Origin: a virus
Taxonomy: Duplodnaviria > Caudoviricetes
IMG/VR virus record: IMGVR_UViG_3300036945_000458
Span: 1,143-65,142 of that record
DNA length: 64,000 nucleotides
Reading direction: 5' to 3' (one strand)
The translations under genes were made by a program, and so were the position numbers. The notes under the pieces are model-generated. The model was not told the origin of the DNA. It worked only from the letters and a program-made list of their open reading frames with translations, and made no database searches. This document shows positions 62,567 to 64,000 of the stretch, piece after piece (within the stretch, counting starts at the first letter, position 1; each line of letters opens with the position of its first letter).

Positions 62567-63643
62567 TTATACGTATTTTATCTTGGTTTCATCAAAGAAT
62601 TCGAGAGCTTTTTTTAACCATTTAAGCTCAACAGGTTCATTAGTGCTAATGATGTAAATGTGAGCTTTCTTGTCAGGAGTGTTGTATTCAAATGCCATAC
62701 AACGATTTATCTTCTGAGCTAGATTCTCTGCATTACTATCAAAGTAGTTTATTATAACTCTGTTGAGAGGTTTGTAAGTTACTCCTGTGTTACCAATTTT
62801 CACCACAGCCATATGATTCCCCTTACCCTCAGCAAAATCAGCAAACATTTGTTTCTCGCTGGATTTACTGTGATAGGATGGAATCCCTAGACTGTCAGAA
62901 ACCCTGGTAGTTCCACAGAACACCAACACCCTTTCATCTTCGTGTTTTGCCAACAATGCTTTTGTAGCATTTAATTTGGCTAGGGATGATTGAATGATTC
63001 TCATTCGTGCAAGACGCATGAACATGGTATCACTACCACTTGCCATCATCTTGTTAATCACCCAGGACACATTGTCAAACTGTTTCTTCTCAGTTTTCTT
63101 CTTTCCTTTAAAGTCAAGCATTGTCTTGTCATCTAAAGGAACTCTAATCACTGTGATTTCATAGTCTACAATTACACCTTCTTCGATAGCTTTCTCAATT
63201 GGATAGTGAGCCATAACATGAATGTCAAGCTCCTTCTCTAAATTGATTTCTGTATCCATAGAAAGTGTACCTGTGAGTCCCAATATAGAAGCATTGTTGC
63301 TAAGTAAGTCTTTGCAAACTTCTATCTGGGCCTCACTTAAGAGATGAATCTCATCTATGATAATAATATCATACTCATAGTCAACTAGTTTTTTCAAAGA
63401 AAGGTGCGTCGAGTAAGTCACCTTACTGTCGTCATAGTTTCTTTCTTCAAAATCAGCTTGCCAAGACTCTTTGATTTTATTATCTGGATAAGCAATCAGT
63501 ACGCTGGGATTGTTTAGCTCCTCAAGAATATTGATGGTAGTTCTAATCTTCCCAAACCTTGGGCATAGATTAAGAATACCATGTCTTCCATTGTTGAGCC
63601 ATACATCAGCAAACTCTCTTTGTCTTCTATCTCTTAACGTCAT
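62567..63643 (-). CDS. Superfamily 2 helicase-like protein
   Basis: LRDRRQ, CPRFGKI (motif I variant), IIIDEIH, LGLTGT, VLVFC, QKINRC (motif VI variant). Confidence 0.75.
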   Translation of the reverse strand: MTLRDRRQREFADVWLNNGRHGILNLCPRFGKIRTTINILEELNNPSVLIAYPDNKIKESWQADFEERNYDDSKVTYSTHLSLKKLVDYEYDIIIIDEIHLLSEAQIEVCKDLLSNNASILGLTGTLSMDTEINLEKELDIHVMAHYPIEKAIEEGVIVDYEITVIRVPLDDKTMLDFKGKKKTEKKQFDNVSWVINKMMASGSDTMFMRLARMRIIQSSLAKLNATKALLAKHEDERVLVFCGTTRVSDSLGIPSYHSKSSEKQMFADFAEGKGNHMAVVKIGNTGVTYKPLNRVIINYFDSNAENLAQKINRCMAFEYNTPDKKAHIYIISTNEPVELKWLKKALEFFDETKIKYV

Positions 63644-63833
63644 AATTCTCTAATTCTATTTTTACTTCAATGTAAAAATTATACACTTCATCTTTTGCAT
63701 AAAATGCTGCTTTTAATGTTTCAAGAACTGCAATCAATGCTAATTCTCTAGCTAAATTTTCAGGATGACTACTATCTGCAACTAACTGATAGTATCTCCA
63801 ATACAATTCATCAGCTTTTTCTACTGGTGTCAT
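63627..63833 (-). CDS. Hypothetical protein
   Basis: MTPVEKADEL...ALIAV...EVKIELE. Confidence 0.6.
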   Translation of the reverse strand: MTPVEKADELYWRYYQLVADSSHPENLARELALIAVLETLKAAFYAKDEVYNFYIEVKIELENYDVKR

Positions 63834-64000
63834 GATAGAAAATATGATTTGTTAGTAATAGATCCATAGTCTGAATCTGTAATGTCTTTCTTTCGAGGAA
63901 GCTCCTTGAACATACCAATTTGGCCCATAAAGCCAAGACCAATACGCACATCGTCTTCACCATAACTATTCTTAATTAGTCGTAAGCTTCTAAAGTATTT
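63830..64000 (-). CDS. 3' end of a DnaB-like replicative helicase (runs off the window)
   Basis: KYFRSLRLIKNSYGEDDVRIGLGFMGQIGMFKELPRKK...YFLS*; resembles the DnaB C-terminal KNRxG...F.G...F.EL; ATGA overlap with 63833. Confidence 0.6.
   Translation of the reverse strand, partial: KYFRSLRLIKNSYGEDDVRIGLGFMGQIGMFKELPRKKDITDSDYGSITNKSYFLS

Noticed and set aside
1-64000. Stop-codon reassignment as seen in some crAss-like phages
   Set aside because: Very long ORFs are intact under the standard code, and TAG (27022, 28683) and TGA (ATGA overlaps) act as stops at sensible gene ends.

Overview
A 64 kb, AT-rich, gene-dense segment of a tailed dsDNA phage that looks crAss-like (Crassvirales-related), probably infecting a Bacteroidota host (TAnnTTTG promoter elements; host is inference). 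Standard genetic code. The + strand arm (1-41810) is the late/virion region: a 5'-truncated LysM-amidase virion protein, putative cargo/ejection proteins, a 4484-aa virion RNA polymerase (GFRIP and DFDIDK motifs, plus zincin and DUF4326-like modules), a 1814-aa polyvalent protein (ART-like, pseudo-zincin, PD-(D/E)xK), a complex lysis cassette, fibre-like and LRR proteins, a glycosyltransferase followed by two paralogous poly-Thr peptides, and a run of small Lys-rich proteins. The - strand arm (41836-64000) carries replication, recombination and nucleotide genes (DnaB end, SF2 helicase, AAA ATPase, primase, UDG, rIIA/rIIB, dNMP kinase, exonuclease, RecA, MazG, thioredoxin, PhoH, GroES-like, GT2, methyltransferase). 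The arms converge on a bidirectional terminator at about 41812-41843. Best candidate for an undescribed system: a GT95/GT96-like protein O-glycosyltransferase next to Cys-Cys/Thr7 mucin-like peptides, suggesting virion glycosylation. Other leads: a chemoreceptor-like four-helix-bundle sensor in the lysis cassette, a beta-strand-anchored o-spanin, terminal cysteines that could chain two giant ejection proteins, and a recurring x-x-x-G-G motif in internal virion proteins. All family calls are motif recognition by eye; no database searches were run.
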